From Hyphomicrobiales bacterium (GTDB lineage Bacteria; Pseudomonadota; Alphaproteobacteria; Rhizobiales; JACESI01), in contig JBDWKL010000021.1 in NCBI GenBank assembly GCA_039973685.1, positions 6,004-70,003 on the forward strand: a stretch of DNA of 64,000 nt, read 5' to 3'. A program made the translations under genes and the position numbers. The notes beneath the pieces were generated by a model. That model ran no database searches and had not been told where the DNA came from. It was given only the letters and a program-made list of their open reading frames with translations. Positions 18,847-29,335 of the stretch are shown here, piece after piece. Every line of letters starts with the position of its first letter. Position 1 is the stretch's first letter.

Positions 18847-21800
18847 CTACTCAGCCGCCTCGACACCTGACAGTTTGCTATCTTCCATTTCTTGAAGTGC
18901 ACGACGATATTCAACCGGCATTACCTTGACGAATTTCGGACGGAAGGTTTCCCAATTATCCAAAATCTCTTTGGCTCGCAAAGAGCCTGTATAACGCTGG
19001 TGGTTTGAGATTAACTGACGCAATCTCTCATCATCATGCTTCGTCATATTAGCAGAAACATCAACGCGGCCTTTGTGCATTAGGTCGCCACCGTGGTGGT
19101 GGATTTTCTCCAAAATATCATCTTCTTCCGGCACTGGCTCCAAATCAACCATCGCCAAATTACAACGTTGCGCGAAGGTTTTGTCTTCATCCAAAACATA
19201 AGCAACACCGCCGGACATGCCCGCTGCAAAGTTGCGTCCTGTTTGACCGATCACAACAACCACGCCGCCTGTCATATATTCACAGCCATGATCACCACAG
19301 CCTTCCACGACAGCCAAGGCGCCAGAGTTACGAACAGAGAAACGTTCGCCAGCAACACCGCTGAAATAACACTCACCTGCCGTTGCACCATACAATACAG
19401 TATTGCCAACGATAATGCTTTCAGCCGCAACAATATTGCTATCATCAGCAGGACGCACAATGATTTTGCCGCCTGAAAGACCCTTGCCGACATAGTCGTT
19501 GCCGTCACCGATCAATTCAAATGTAACACCTTGCGCCAAGAACGCACCAAACGCTTGTCCGGCTGTCCCTGTAAGGCGCACGCTGATTGTATCATCATCA
19601 AGCGGCTCATCGAAATGGCGTTTTGCGACTTCACCAGACAACATCGCACCAGCAGAGCGATCCACATTGGAAATCGCCGTACTGATACTAAGCGGCTCAC
19701 GCCCAACAAGCGCTTTTTCAGCACTGGCAATCAAACGACGATCAAGAATGTCGTCGATCGGGTGGTTTTGGCGCTCAGTCCAATAAATTTCATTCGGCTC
19801 AGCTTCAACTTTGTAGAAAACGTTATCAAAGTTCAAACCGCGTGCTTTCCAATGCGCAGTCATATCGCGTTGGTCCAAAAGATCTGATTGACCGATCATT
19901 TCATCAAAATTCGTATAGCCCATCTCAGCCATGATCTGACGTACTTCTTCAGCCACATAGAAGAAATAATTGATCACATGCTCAGGCGTGCCTTTAAAGC
20001 GGCTACGCAATTCTGGGTCTTGTGTGGCGATGCCAACAGGACATGTGTTGAGGTGACATTTGCGCATCATCAAGCAACCTGCCGCAATAAGTGGCGCTGT
20101 TGAGAAGCCAAATTCATCTGCACCCAAAAGCGCACCGATAATCACATCACGACCCGTTTTCAAACCGCCATCAACCTGCAAGGCAATGCGGGAGCGAAGA
20201 CCGTTTAGCACGAGTGTTTGGTGCGTTTCAGCAAGGCCCATTTCCCATGACGAACCAGCGTGTTTAAGCGATGTGAGCGGCGATGCGCCTGTACCACCAT
20301 CAAACCCTGAAATCGTAATGTGATCAGCGCGCGCTTTCGCAACACCAGCAGCAACAGTACCAACGCCAACTTCAGATACGAGTTTAACCGAAATATCAGC
20401 AGCAGGGTTCACGTTCTTCAAATCGTAGATCAGCTGAGCCAAATCTTCGATTGAATAAATATCGTGGTGCGGTGGCGGAGAAATGAGGCCAACGCCTTGT
20501 GTCGAGTGCCGTGTTTTTGCAATCAACGCGTCAACCTTGTGGCCCGGCAATTGGCCGCCCTCACCCGGTTTTGCACCTTGCGCCACTTTAATCTGGATCA
20601 TGTCTGAGTTGACGAGATATTCTGTCGTCACACCAAAACGACCAGAGGCAACCTGCTTAATCGCAGAACGTTCTGGGTTGCGTGATCCATCTGGCAAGTC
20701 TTCATAGCGGTCACGCTCTTCACCACCCTCACCCGTGTTCGACTTACCGCCGATACGGTTCATGGCTTTTGCAAGCGTTGTATGAGCTTCACGCGAAATA
20801 GAGCCGAAAGACATGGCGCCCGTTGAGAAGCGCTTCACAATATCAGCAACAGGTTCAACGTCATCAATAGACACAGGCTTCTTGCCGACATCTTCCGCCA
20901 TTTTAATTTTGAACAGGCCGCGAATTGTGTTGAGTTTCTCGCTCTCGCCGTTCACTTCTGCCGCGAATGCTTCATATTTTGAGTAGCTCTCAGAACGCAC
21001 AGCATGCTGTAGGTTTGTCACCGCTGATGGTGTCCAAGCATGGCTTTCACCGCGCTGACGGAAGGCATATTCACCGCCAACATCAAGAGCGTTTTTCAAG
21101 ATTTCGACATTACCAAAAGCTGCTTGGTGACGAAGCACAGTTTCTTGTGCAACTTCTGCAAGGCCAACGCCTTCAATTGTTGTCTCAGTGCCAAAGAAGT
21201 ATTTTTCAACAAACGATGTTGAAAGACCAACCGCATCAAAAATCTGCGCACCGCAATAAGACTGATAAGTCGAAATGCCCATTTTAGACATCACTTTCAA
21301 GATGCCTTTGTCGATAGATTTAATGTAGCGCTCAACAACTTCAAACTCATCCACCTCTTCAGGGAATTCACCTGACGTGTGCATTTCAGCGAGTGTTTCA
21401 AACGCAAGATAAGGGTTGATTGCTTCCGCGCCATAACCTGCAAGCGCACAGAAGTGATGCACCTCACGTGCTTCGCCTGTCTCAACAACCAGACCGACAG
21501 AGGTACGAAGACCTTTGCGGATCAAATGGTGATGAACGGCTGCTGTAAACAACAATGACGGGATAGCAATGCGGCTTGCGCTCACCAAACGGTCAGACAG
21601 AATAATGATATTCTTACCCTGATTGACTTGGTCTTCTGCTTTCAAACAAATCGCATCCAGTGCTGCGTCCATACCTTCAGCACCCTTAGAGGCGTCATAG
21701 GTACAATCAAGCGTCACCGTCTGGAATTGGTTGTCCGCGATGTCGCCAATGGTGCGCACTTTCTCAAGATCAACATCGGTCAAAATCGGCTGACGCACTT

Positions 21801-23562
21801 CAAGACGTTTGCGCTTTGCCATGTCTTCAAGGTTCAAAATATTCGGACGCGGGCCGATGAAAGAAACCAAGCTCATCACGATCTCTTCGCGGATTGGATC
21901 AATCGGCGGGTTCGTCACCTGCGCAAAGTTCTGCTTGAAGTAAGTAAACAGCGGCTTCGATTTATCTGACATGGCAGAAATCGGCGTATCCGTTCCCATA
22001 GAACCGATTGCTTCTTGGCCCGTTGTCGCCATTGGGGTCAACAACAGTTTCAAGTCCTCTTGGCTGTAACCAAAGGCCTGTTGACGATCAAGCAAGGCAA
22101 CGCGTGATTTACGTGGATGCATATCCAACGCATCAAGGTCTTCCAAAACGATCTGTGTTTCATCAAGCCATTTACGGTAAGGCTTGGTCTTGGAAATATC
22201 TTGTTTCAACTCATCATCAGAAATGATGCGGCCTTCTTCCATATCGATCAAAAGCATCTTGCCTGGCTGCAAGCGCCATTTTTTCAAGATGCTCTTTTCT
22301 TCAACTGGCAAAGTACCCGCTTCTGACGCCATGATAATGCGATCATCATCTGTGACGATATAACGAGCAGGACGCAGGCCATTACGGTCAAGCGTTGCGC
22401 CGATTTGCAAACCATCGGTGAAAGCAACAGCGGCTGGGCCATCCCATGGCTCCATAAGAGCTGCATGGTACTCATAAAATGCACGACGCCCTTCATCCAT
22501 GAGCGGGTTGCCCGCCCATGCTTCTGGGATCAACATCATCACAGCGTGTGCCATTGAATATCCACCACGCATCAAAAACTCGAGCGCGTTATCAAAACAG
22601 GCCGTATCAGATTGGCCTTCATAAGAAATTGGCCAAAGCTTACTGATGTCATCACCAAATAGCTCAGAAGACACAGAAGCTTGACGTGCCGCCATCCAGT
22701 TTACATTGCCGCGTTTGGTATTGATTTCACCGTTATGAGCGACGATCCGGTAAGGGTGAGCCAACTTCCAAGATGGGAAAGTGTTGGTTGAAAAACGCTG
22801 GTGCACCAAGGCAAGAGCCGAGTGATAGCGCGGGTCGGTCAAATCTGTGAAATAAGGGCCAAGCTGATCCGCCAAGAACATGCCTTTGTAAACAATTGTC
22901 CGCGATGAGAATGACACGGTATAAAAACCGCTTTCGCGTGCATCTGTATTTCCAAAAACTTTGTTCGATAGAATTTTACGCGCGAGATATAAAGTGCGCT
23001 CAAACACCTCAGCGTCCATCCCATCAGGTCGCGCTACGAACATTTGCATATGAATTGGCTCGGTCGAAGCAATCGACGGGTCTTTGCTCAACATTGAATT
23101 ATCAACGGCCGGCAAGCGCCATCCAATGACGTCAAAGCCCGCTTCGCGCACAGCAGTCTCTGCAAGGTCGACACATGTTTCCCGCAAGGCTTCCTCGCGC
23201 GGCATAAAGATAAAGGCAACGCCGTAATCACCAGCAGCGGGAAGATCAAAATCAACCGTTTCTGCAAAAAGCTGATGCGGGATTTGTGTGAGCATACCTG
23301 CGCCATCACCCATCAATGGGTCTGCGCCAACCGCACCGCGGTGTTCAACGTTTAGAAGAATTTGCAAGCCGTCTTGCACAATAGAATGGGATTTCTCACC
23401 CTTCATGTGAGCCACAAAGCCAACACCACAAGCATCGCGTTCGCGTGCTGGGTTATAAAGGCCTTGCTTTACAGGCAAACCATTAGAGCCAAGCTTACGT
23501 TTGGCACGAGAAGACAATGCACTCGTCTCGTTCTCAACCTTCAAATCAAAGTTGTTATCCAT
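18847..23562 (-). CDS. gltB: glutamate synthase large subunit
   Basis: ATG 23562 has AAGGAG 7 nt upstream (the tracked ORF extends to 23616). Amidotransferase Cys in [14 protein letters not shown]; full-length GltB architecture of about 1570 aa. Confidence 0.95.
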   Translation of the reverse strand: MDNNFDLKVENETSALSSRAKRKLGSNGLPVKQGLYNPARERDACGVGFVAHMKGEKSHSIVQDGLQILLNVEHRGAVGADPLMGDGAGMLTQIPHQLFAETVDFDLPAAGDYGVAFIFMPREEALRETCVDLAETAVREAGFDVIGWRLPAVDNSMLSKDPSIASTEPIHMQMFVARPDGMDAEVFERTLYLARKILSNKVFGNTDARESGFYTVSFSSRTIVYKGMFLADQLGPYFTDLTDPRYHSALALVHQRFSTNTFPSWKLAHPYRIVAHNGEINTKRGNVNWMAARQASVSSELFGDDISKLWPISYEGQSDTACFDNALEFLMRGGYSMAHAVMMLIPEAWAGNPLMDEGRRAFYEYHAALMEPWDGPAAVAFTDGLQIGATLDRNGLRPARYIVTDDDRIIMASEAGTLPVEEKSILKKWRLQPGKMLLIDMEEGRIISDDELKQDISKTKPYRKWLDETQIVLEDLDALDMHPRKSRVALLDRQQAFGYSQEDLKLLLTPMATTGQEAIGSMGTDTPISAMSDKSKPLFTYFKQNFAQVTNPPIDPIREEIVMSLVSFIGPRPNILNLEDMAKRKRLEVRQPILTDVDLEKVRTIGDIADNQFQTVTLDCTYDASKGAEGMDAALDAICLKAEDQVNQGKNIIILSDRLVSASRIAIPSLLFTAAVHHHLIRKGLRTSVGLVVETGEAREVHHFCALAGYGAEAINPYLAFETLAEMHTSGEFPEEVDEFEVVERYIKSIDKGILKVMSKMGISTYQSYCGAQIFDAVGLSTSFVEKYFFGTETTIEGVGLAEVAQETVLRHQAAFGNVEILKNALDVGGEYAFRQRGESHAWTPSAVTNLQHAVRSESYSKYEAFAAEVNGESEKLNTIRGLFKIKMAEDVGKKPVSIDDVEPVADIVKRFSTGAMSFGSISREAHTTLAKAMNRIGGKSNTGEGGEERDRYEDLPDGSRNPERSAIKQVASGRFGVTTEYLVNSDMIQIKVAQGAKPGEGGQLPGHKVDALIAKTRHSTQGVGLISPPPHHDIYSIEDLAQLIYDLKNVNPAADISVKLVSEVGVGTVAAGVAKARADHITISGFDGGTGASPLTSLKHAGSSWEMGLAETHQTLVLNGLRSRIALQVDGGLKTGRDVIIGALLGADEFGFSTAPLIAAGCLMMRKCHLNTCPVGIATQDPELRSRFKGTPEHVINYFFYVAEEVRQIMAEMGYTNFDEMIGQSDLLDQRDMTAHWKARGLNFDNVFYKVEAEPNEIYWTERQNHPIDDILDRRLIASAEKALVGREPLSISTAISNVDRSAGAMLSGEVAKRHFDEPLDDDTISVRLTGTAGQAFGAFLAQGVTFELIGDGNDYVGKGLSGGKIIVRPADDSNIVAAESIIVGNTVLYGATAGECYFSGVAGERFSVRNSGALAVVEGCGDHGCEYMTGGVVVVIGQTGRNFAAGMSGGVAYVLDEDKTFAQRCNLAMVDLEPVPEEDDILEKIHHHGGDLMHKGRVDVSANMTKHDDERLRQLISNHQRYTGSLRAKEILDNWETFRPKFVKVMPVEYRRALQEMEDSKLSGVEAAE

Positions 23563-24016
23563 CGTAAAACTCCTTTTAGCGCTCTTTAGCGCGGCTCGTA
23601 CTTTGCCTTTCGCCAAGTGCTAAGAAAGCACAAGCGACGTAAAGGCCGTTCGGGTCGCATTCAAAAATCAAGAATGCGGCTCGTTGAGCAGACCAATTGG
23701 CCGACGCTCTTAAAATGTTCTTCGCCGAGGGTGGATACTCATCTTAAGTGAGCGTCTGACATTTAAATATGTCATCAAATTCCCTAAATGACCAAATCGA
23801 TTGTCGCCAAAAGCGCCATATCAAGGTCATTCCAGACAAATGGGGGCCGCAACTCGAAGTTTCCGACCCGTCTGATCTGCATCCGGCTAAATTTAGTCAG
23901 TATTGCTGCCCTAAATTTGACGCCAAAATGCCAGATTTAACCGACCAGTGCAAGCGACTTAAAGGCAGGGCGGGTAAAACTTTCCTACAATATTGATAAG
24001 GCATTGTTTAGAGAGG

Positions 24017-24065
24017 CAAAAAAATAAAAAATCCCACCCCTATAAACAATAACAAGGATGGGATT
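24017..24065 (-). terminator. intrinsic terminator after the hsp20 gene
   Basis: Minus strand: AUCCCAUCC...GGGGUGGGAU stem followed by UUUUUUAUUUUUU. Confidence 0.8.
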
Positions 24066-24096
24066 CGTTGTTTACAATTAAGAAGTTACGGCGAAT

Positions 24097-24564
24097 TTAG
24101 TTCACCGGCGCTCCTTCAATCTGCTTCGTATCGTCTGAGCCACCGCTCGCGATAGAAATTTTACGCGGTTTCATTGCCTCAGGGATCTCGCGCACCAGAT
24201 CAATGTGCAAAAGTCCATTTTCCAAGGCAGCACCAACCACTTCCACATGATCAGCCACATGGAACTGACTTTTAAAGGATCGCGCGGCAATACCTTGGTG
24301 CAACACTTCAACACCTTCGCGCGTATCGTCGCCCTTGCCGCCAGTCACGGTCAAAACGGTTTCTTTAAGCTCAATATCAAGATCGCCTTGGGCAAAACCA
24401 GCAACAGCCATCGTAATGCGGTAAGCATCATCGCTGGTGCGTTCAATGTTATAAGGTGGATAGGAATTTGTTGGGGCATCTGCGGTAACACTGTCTAACA
24501 GTGAGAACAAACGGTCAAAACCAACAGAATTACGGTATAGGGGTGAATAATCAGCGTGACGCAT
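24097..24564 (-). CDS. ibpA: small heat-shock protein (Hsp20/IbpA family)
   Basis: 155 aa; alpha-crystallin domain (PPYNIERTSDDAYRITMAVAGF ... LENGLLHIDL). Confidence 0.9.
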   Translation of the reverse strand: MRHADYSPLYRNSVGFDRLFSLLDSVTADAPTNSYPPYNIERTSDDAYRITMAVAGFAQGDLDIELKETVLTVTGGKGDDTREGVEVLHQGIAARSFKSQFHVADHVEVVGAALENGLLHIDLVREIPEAMKPRKISIASGGSDDTKQIEGAPVN

Positions 24565-24660
24565 GATTGTGTCCTTTCATAAGCGACATATTTTGATTTC
24601 AGCATCGACATCGGCGTCCATTTGGCCCACCTGCAATGCTCACAGCCCCAATCGGCGACT
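24565..24660 (-). promoter_or_regulatory. ROSE-like RNA thermometer in the hsp20 5'UTR
   Basis: Minus-strand UCGCU (24586..24582) can pair with the SD AGGA (24575..24572) leaving a bulged G; this is the U(U/C)GCU/AGGA arrangement of ROSE elements. The predicted UTR is about 95 nt. Confidence 0.5.
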
Positions 24661-24669
24661 GCCTAGAAG

Positions 24670-24698
24670 ATATGTGGATTTCCCATCCCAGTTTCAAG
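24670..24698 (-). promoter_or_regulatory. RpoH (sigma32)-type promoter
   Basis: Minus strand: CTTGAAA-N14-CCACATAT, compared with the consensus CTTGAAA-N13/14-CCCCATNT. Confidence 0.6.
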
Positions 24699-24901
24699 AT
24701 TTTTCACAAAATTGTCGGTTTTCCACCTAAATTTTAAGAAAAAATTCAAGCTAACAAATTGAAATATATAGGAATTTAATACCTCACGATAGAATGAACG
24801 CAAACTGAACATCAAATTCTAACCTTGTTCATGCTAGTTCTCTTATTATGTCATCACCGAACAACACACTTAGTGGTCACTCACTAGGAAAAGGAAAAAG
24901 T

Positions 24902-25405
24902 ATGTTTAAGCGCCTTTTGATTGCTGCCAGCCTTGTTGCCGCAACTCTGTCTTTTCAGGCACCTGTTCAGGCAAACGATAGTAACAATAGTATCGCAACC
25001 AGATACGGGAGCGGCGTTGGACCTCTAAAGCGCTCAGACGGCCGCAACACACTCAATATTTCGGCACGTAAAATCGGCCAAAAAACCAAGAGCTACTATA
25101 CCCAGCGAAAGGCAGGCCGCACGAACCATAATCGCGCGCAAAAGGATGTTATCGTCAAGAAGTTTGGCAACTACAATCCCAAGTATCCGCAAAATGCACG
25201 CAAGCACCGCTTATCTAATAAACAACTGCGCCACCACCTAAGAGCGAAAGGCCTTCGTAATATTCGCTTTGTTGACCGCTATCACGGTGTTGCAAAAGTT
25301 GTTGCTCACAACAAACGCGGCTCTATCGCGAAGTACCGTGTAAACACACGCAACGGTCACATACTCAGTGCTCGTGTCATTCGTCACAAAAAACGTTACC
25401 GCTAA
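24902..25405 (+). CDS. secreted, extremely basic hypothetical protein (PepSY-like C-terminus?)
   Basis: ATG 24902 follows AGGAAAAGGAAAAAG. Signal peptide MFKRLLIAASLVAATLSFQAPVQA. The mature part is rich in K/R/H/N. The last ~50 aa (IRFVDRYHGVAKVVAHNKRGSIAKYRVNTRNGHILSARVI) loosely resemble a PepSY fold. Confidence 0.5.
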   Translation: MFKRLLIAASLVAATLSFQAPVQANDSNNSIATRYGSGVGPLKRSDGRNTLNISARKIGQKTKSYYTQRKAGRTNHNRAQKDVIVKKFGNYNPKYPQNARKHRLSNKQLRHHLRAKGLRNIRFVDRYHGVAKVVAHNKRGSIAKYRVNTRNGHILSARVIRHKKRYR

Positions 25406-25603
25406 GCAAATCGGCGAAAGCTGATTAGGTTGGGACTGGCTAAATATCCATCCGCATAAGCCAGATCTGACCTATTTAAGCGGCCTCACGCCCTTGCCTC
25501 CGTGAGGTCCGTAAGGCAAGACTGTAATGGAGAAAAATCTTCTCCTTGCGGTCTTGTCGCTTTTGCGGCATGTGGATGAAGACTAAACACATGCAGGCGC
25601 ACT

Positions 25604-26668
25604 ATGGAAAAACCTGTTCTTTTTGAAAACACTGACAACCCAGCGCCTGAAAACGCCTCCGTGCATACAATTGTTACCCGTGACAAAGTGCCATTACGGG
25701 TCGCTTTTTGGCAACCAACACACAATCTAACCCGCGATGGTGAAGCGATTGGGACTGTGTGCCTGTTTCACGGCTTTTCAGAATATATCGAAAAATATTA
25801 CGAGGTCATTGGTGAGTTGCGCCGTCGAGGCTTTGCCGTCGCCATAATGGATTGGCGCGGGCATGGCATGTCAAAGCGATTTTTCAAAAACCGCGCACGC
25901 GGCCATGTCAGCAGTTACAGACATTACCAACGTGATTTGGGTACCTTCATCGAGGAATTCGTCAAACCAAACTGTCCAAAGCCCTATTACGCGCTTGCTC
26001 ATTCAATGGGTGGGCATAATATTTTCCGCTCCTGCGCCAATGGTCATGGCACCGTGTTTGAACGGGTCGTTCTATCAGCACCCATGCTGCACCTTTCCCC
26101 ACCCAACTTGATGGGCTTTCATTGGTTAAAAGGCGGCAAAAAGAAATTCAGCAATAAAATCGTCTCACAAAGACCGACGAGAATTGTCAGTGGTTTGGTG
26201 CGCTTTCTCGGCCTCGGCTGGATTTTTGCTTCTAGTGGCAATCACCTCAAGGTCCCGTTCGAAGGCAATCGGCTAACGTCTGATGAAAAAAGATATGAAC
26301 GCAACCAGAAACTTCTCAGTCAATACCCTGAGCTTGGCATCGGTGGGCCAACAATATCATGGCTAAATGCCAGTTGCCGCAGTATGCGAAAAATACTGCG
26401 CCCCAGTTTCATCCAAAAAATCAACGTCCCCATTTTAATAATCGCAGCAGGGTCAGACCAAGTGGTGTCGACCGCCGCACTTGAGAAAGTTGGCCCAGAC
26501 CTTCGCATCGGTCATCAGGTCGTGATTTTGGGTGCTAAACACGAAATTTTGCAAGAGCGCGACGAACTGCGCGAACAGTTTTGGGCAGCTTTTGATGCTT
26601 ATATTCCAGGCTCTGATCCTGTGAGATCCACCTATAAGTCAGCACACCACAACAATATAGACCGCTAG
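25604..26668 (+). CDS. alpha/beta hydrolase (lysophospholipase-like)
   Basis: HGFSEY oxyanion region and AHSMGG nucleophile elbow; 354 aa. Confidence 0.75.
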   Translation: MEKPVLFENTDNPAPENASVHTIVTRDKVPLRVAFWQPTHNLTRDGEAIGTVCLFHGFSEYIEKYYEVIGELRRRGFAVAIMDWRGHGMSKRFFKNRARGHVSSYRHYQRDLGTFIEEFVKPNCPKPYYALAHSMGGHNIFRSCANGHGTVFERVVLSAPMLHLSPPNLMGFHWLKGGKKKFSNKIVSQRPTRIVSGLVRFLGLGWIFASSGNHLKVPFEGNRLTSDEKRYERNQKLLSQYPELGIGGPTISWLNASCRSMRKILRPSFIQKINVPILIIAAGSDQVVSTAALEKVGPDLRIGHQVVILGAKHEILQERDELREQFWAAFDAYIPGSDPVRSTYKSAHHNNIDR

Positions 26669-26676
26669 GGCTGATC

Positions 26677-27459
26677 TTAAGCCAACGCTTTTAGAAGTTG
26701 CTCATGCAAGACCGGATCGCCGCTTGCAACAATGGAACCACCATCAACTGGATTACCGCCATCCCATGTTGTGATGCAGCCGCCAGCGCCTTCAATAATC
26801 GGGATCAACGCTGCTATATCAAACGGTTTCAAGCCATCTTCGATGACGATATCAACATGCCCTGCAGCCAGCATAGCAAAAGCATAACAATCAACACCGT
26901 AGCGATTGAGCCGCACTTGTTTTTCGATCGCCTGATACTTACGCGCCGCGTGACCCTTCATCAAAGCAGGATCCGTCGTGAATAAAGTCGCGTTCGCAAG
27001 AGACGAACAGGTGCGGGTTTTAAGAATTGTTTTTTCCCCACCGCGTGTCATCCAAGCAGCCTGACAATCCCCAACAAAGCGCTCGCCCGTAAAAGGCTGA
27101 ACCATCATCCCCACATGGGCCTTACCGTCTTGCTTATGACCGATCAACACACCCCAAACAGGCAGACCAGAAATAAAGGCGCGGGTGCCGTCTATCGGGT
27201 CTAATATCCAGACATTGTCTGCATCAAGGCGAACATTTTCATATTCTTCGCCCAATATGCCGTGATCAGGAAAATGCTCACCAATGAGCGCCCGCATCGC
27301 CATTTCACCGGCTTTATCGGCAACGGTCACAGGGTCAAACCCTGTCCCCTCTTCCTTGTTATCAAGCGCACCAAGCTCATCCATCCGCGTTCTAAAGTGC
27401 GGTAGAATGGCTGCACTTGCGGCATCACCCAATGTATCGAGAAAATCAATTAGTTCCAT
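26677..27459 (-). CDS. inositol monophosphatase family protein, possibly histidinol-phosphatase HisN
   Basis: WILDPIDGTRAF and GVDCYAFAMLAAGHVDIVIE motifs. It is the second IMPase-family gene in the window; the HisN assignment is inference only. Confidence 0.7.
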   Translation of the reverse strand: MELIDFLDTLGDAASAAILPHFRTRMDELGALDNKEEGTGFDPVTVADKAGEMAMRALIGEHFPDHGILGEEYENVRLDADNVWILDPIDGTRAFISGLPVWGVLIGHKQDGKAHVGMMVQPFTGERFVGDCQAAWMTRGGEKTILKTRTCSSLANATLFTTDPALMKGHAARKYQAIEKQVRLNRYGVDCYAFAMLAAGHVDIVIEDGLKPFDIAALIPIIEGAGGCITTWDGGNPVDGGSIVASGDPVLHEQLLKALA

Positions 27460-27474
27460 AAGTCGCAGTCTCGC

Positions 27475-28368
27475 TTATTCAGCAGCAAGAGGAATATCAT
27501 CGTCGAACAAATCTTGACGATGATTGAATATTTTTTGAAACACTGAGGTCAGATCTTTTTTCACACGACCAAATTTTTCATTGCGTTCAAAGTTTTCTTC
27601 ATCCGCATAAAGACCACGATTAATCTCAATTTGGATGGCATGAAGTTGCTTGGCCGGTCGGCCATAGTGCTCAGTAATAAACCCGCCAGCATAGGGCTTA
27701 TTGCGGCTCACATGATAACCTTTGTTGTTCAGATAGGTCCAAAGCATATCGGTTAGATCTGTAGAACAACTGGTGCCATAACGATCACCTAATACAAAAT
27801 CAGGTCGCGCCATGTGGCTATCGCCAATGCAGCCAGATGGCATGGAATGACAATCAATCAAACAGGCAACACCGTGATCAACGATTGTTTTGGCAAGCAT
27901 TTGTCTCAATTGTTTGTGGTAAGGATTATAAAGGTGCTCGATGCGGCTAATAGCCTCATCAACGCTCAACTTACCTTGATAAATTTCTTGGCCTTCTGCC
28001 ACCACGCGGGCAATTGTACCAAGGCCGCCTGCAACGCGGATAGAGCGAATATTGGCATAAGATGGCAAGGGCCCATCAAACATCTTTGGATCAAGCTCAT
28101 AAGGCTCACGGTTTACATCCAAATAAGCGCGCGGAAAGTTTGCTCGCAACAAAGGCGCACCATATTTTGGCATTTCCATAAACAAATCATCGACAAACAA
28201 ATCTTCTGAGCGACGAATTGAGAGCGGCGTCAGACGAGAACTTTCCAAAAAGGCCGCCGGATAATGAGCACCAGAATGCGGTGAATTGAAAACAAACGGC
28301 AAGTTTTGCTGTTGGGGCGCGATCACATCAAATGCAGCCTCAAAAGTAAAATCAGTATTATCCGTCAT
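27475..28368 (-). CDS. N-formylglutamate amidohydrolase (FGase) family protein
   Basis: NSPHSGAHYP and CLIDCHSMPS motifs; 297 aa. Confidence 0.7.
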   Translation of the reverse strand: MTDNTDFTFEAAFDVIAPQQQNLPFVFNSPHSGAHYPAAFLESSRLTPLSIRRSEDLFVDDLFMEMPKYGAPLLRANFPRAYLDVNREPYELDPKMFDGPLPSYANIRSIRVAGGLGTIARVVAEGQEIYQGKLSVDEAISRIEHLYNPYHKQLRQMLAKTIVDHGVACLIDCHSMPSGCIGDSHMARPDFVLGDRYGTSCSTDLTDMLWTYLNNKGYHVSRNKPYAGGFITEHYGRPAKQLHAIQIEINRGLYADEENFERNEKFGRVKKDLTSVFQKIFNHRQDLFDDDIPLAAE

Positions 28369-28581
28369 GAAAACTCACCGAAGAGAAGGATGGATACCAC
28401 CAAATGATGATGGCGCTTGTCACCTGTGGGTTTTGTTTACCACAGGATTGCTACTTGTCATAATAATCGCCTGTTCAAAATATTTTTAATGAAAATGCAT
28501 TGGCACCGATCTTGTTCACCTGATATTTACAGAAACGGACCATAGTTAACCTTCAATTATGATGAGTGGACGGATAAATTT

Positions 28582-28950
28582 ATGAACTTGGCATCTCGTA
28601 TACTTTTGGCTGAAGATGATAACGACATGCGTCGCTTTCTAGCAAAAGCGCTAGAAAACGCGGGCTACGACGTTATCTCCTATGACAACGGCAAGAGCGC
28701 TTATGAAAGACTGTGTGAAGAACCTTTCACGATGTTGCTTACAGATATTGTCATGCCAGAAATGGATGGCATTGAGCTTGCTCGTCGCGCCACTGAACTC
28801 GACCCAGATCTAAAAGTGATGTTCATCACAGGGTTTGCAGCTGTTGCTCTCAACCCTGAATCAGATGCACCAAAAGACGCGAAAGTTTTGTCAAAACCTT
28901 TCCATTTGCGTGATCTGGTGAACGAAGTTGAAAAACTGATGGCTGCATAG
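28582..28950 (+). CDS. cpdR: single-domain response regulator, CpdR-like
   Basis: 122 aa; ILLAEDDNDMRRFL, phospho-acceptor context LLTDIVMPEMDG, FITGFAA, KPFHLRDL. The size and sequence match my memory of CpdR. Confidence 0.75.
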   Translation: MNLASRILLAEDDNDMRRFLAKALENAGYDVISYDNGKSAYERLCEEPFTMLLTDIVMPEMDGIELARRATELDPDLKVMFITGFAAVALNPESDAPKDAKVLSKPFHLRDLVNEVEKLMAA

Positions 28951-29065
28951 CAGAAATATCCAACCAAATGCCTCCTATGGTCTTGATCAAACCGATCTTA
29001 AAGGCTATACGCCACCAACGAAATTGCTGCAGGTGTTAAGACCGAGTGATTTTCGCATGTGAAAT

Positions 29066-29140
29066 GGGCGTATAGCTCAGCGGGAGAGCACTTCGTTGAC
29101 ATCGAAGGGGTCACTGGTTCAATCCCAGTTACGCCCACCA
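29066..29140 (+). tRNA. tRNA-Val (anticodon GAC)
   Basis: Cloverleaf by hand: acceptor GGGCGTA/TACGCCC, D arm GCTC-AGCGGGA-GAGC, anticodon arm CTTCG-TTGACAT-CGAAG, T arm ACTGG-TTCAATC-CCAGT, encoded ACCA end. Confidence 0.9.
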
Positions 29141-29209
29141 CACGCGAAAACATCAGTCGAGCGTGTTAGCATTATCAGTATTGAGATTTAAAACGAGTGG
29201 ACGTACGTC

Positions 29210-29335
29210 ATGAAAGTCAGAAATTCTCTTAAATCGTTGCGGGGTCGTCACCGGGAAAACCGTCTTGTGCGCCGTAAAGGTCGCCTTTACGTGATCAACA
29301 AGACGAACCCTAAATTTAAAGCTCGCCAAGGCTAA
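29210..29335 (+). CDS. rpmJ: 50S ribosomal protein L36 (Cys-free type)
   Basis: 41 aa, [41 protein letters not shown]. Absent from the ORF track because it is shorter than 60 aa. Confidence 0.9.
   Translation: MKVRNSLKSLRGRHRENRLVRRKGRLYVINKTNPKFKARQG

Noticed and set aside
18847-23616. Longer gltB N-terminus starting at 23616 ([11 protein letters not shown]...).
   Set aside because: The internal ATG at 23562 has a strong AAGGAG at optimal spacing and gives a propeptide length typical before the catalytic Cys. The upstream extension is basic, low-complexity sequence.
23769-23996. 75-aa ORF in the gltB-hsp20 intergenic region.
   Set aside because: No Shine-Dalgarno sequence, no recognisable family, an unusual Cys/Asp/Lys-rich composition, and an AT-rich promoter-type region. 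Probably non-coding.
28501-28516. Sigma54 promoter-like TGGCACCGATCTTGTT upstream of cpdR.
   Set aside because: The -12 element reads TTGT rather than TTGC, so the essential GC dinucleotide is missing. A single near-match in 64 kb is compatible with chance.
29066-29140. tRNA-Val as a possible integration hotspot for a genomic island.
   Set aside because: It is flanked by cpdR and rpmJ. There is no integrase, no partial tRNA direct repeat and no compositional break that I could see.
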